A DNA stretch of 50,189 nt from Octopus sinensis. Its lineage: Eukaryota. Positions 49,639 to 50,189 of this stretch are shown piece after piece (the stretch's first letter is position 1; each line of letters opens with the position of its first letter). The notes under the pieces are model-generated. The model saw only the letters and a list, made by a program, of their open reading frames with translations. It was not told where the DNA came from and did no database searches. The position numbers and the translations under genes are program-made. The DNA is taken from positions 1-50,189 of the forward strand of contig NW_021835709.1 of assembly GCF_006345805.1 (NCBI RefSeq). Reading direction: 5' to 3'.

Positions 49639-50189
49639 CCATCCATAAGTACATACACACATACATACATAATATATATATTATATATATATTATATTAT
49701 ATATATATATATATATGTTGTGTCTGGGAGAGTCATTTTCTTTTTGTGCCTTTTAATGTAACACACTCACCGGTGAGTGTGTTACATTATAAGGCACAAA
49801 AAGAAAATGACTCTCCCACTCTCCCCAGACCCACAGTACGAACCCATATAAGAATCTTGCAAGCCAAATTCCAAAACGATATATATAATATATATGTATA
49901 TATGTTTAAATGAAAGACGAATTCGAACGAAGAATGTTAACAAAATTCCTTTACTCTCGACATCTCGATAGGTTCGAAGACAGCATATATTGTATGTATT
50001 ACACGGGCCGTGTATATGGTGTGTGTGTGTGTGTGTCTATCCAACAAAAACCACTTGAAAACCACCCTGTAACATTTCAGATGCTACCAAACCCCTAACT
50101 ATGAAAGTGAACTTTAAGAAGAACAACGAAACGCTACCCGTTAAAGTTCCAATACTTACACGGCGGATGGGCGTGTGTGTGTGTGTGGT

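Overview
This is AT-rich eukaryotic DNA, almost certainly intergenic or intronic. The SINE families and extreme microsatellite load suggest an octopus (coleoid cephalopod) genome; that is my recognition, not a database match. No host protein-coding gene can be supported, and nearly all listed ORFs are translations of simple repeats. The window holds roughly 30 copies or fragments of three tRNA-headed SINE families (working names A, B, C). It also holds decayed coding remnants of a Tc1/mariner, a Chapaev3-like transposase, a CR1-like LINE 3' end and a LINE APE endonuclease, plus TIR elements and several fold-back palindromes. Most interesting: (1) minimal hammerhead ribozyme motifs in non-autonomous repeats, one of them in a family whose other copy has a tRNA-like Pol III head; (2) near-perfect zero-loop palindromes abutting (TA)n tracts; (3) a SINE tail matching the 3' end of a LINE remnant in the same window, with stem covariation; (4) a SINE variant that repeatedly nests into the GGTATTTCG site of its own family; (5) a locally templated inverted insertion. 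Coordinates were counted by eye, and ends of decayed elements are approximate.
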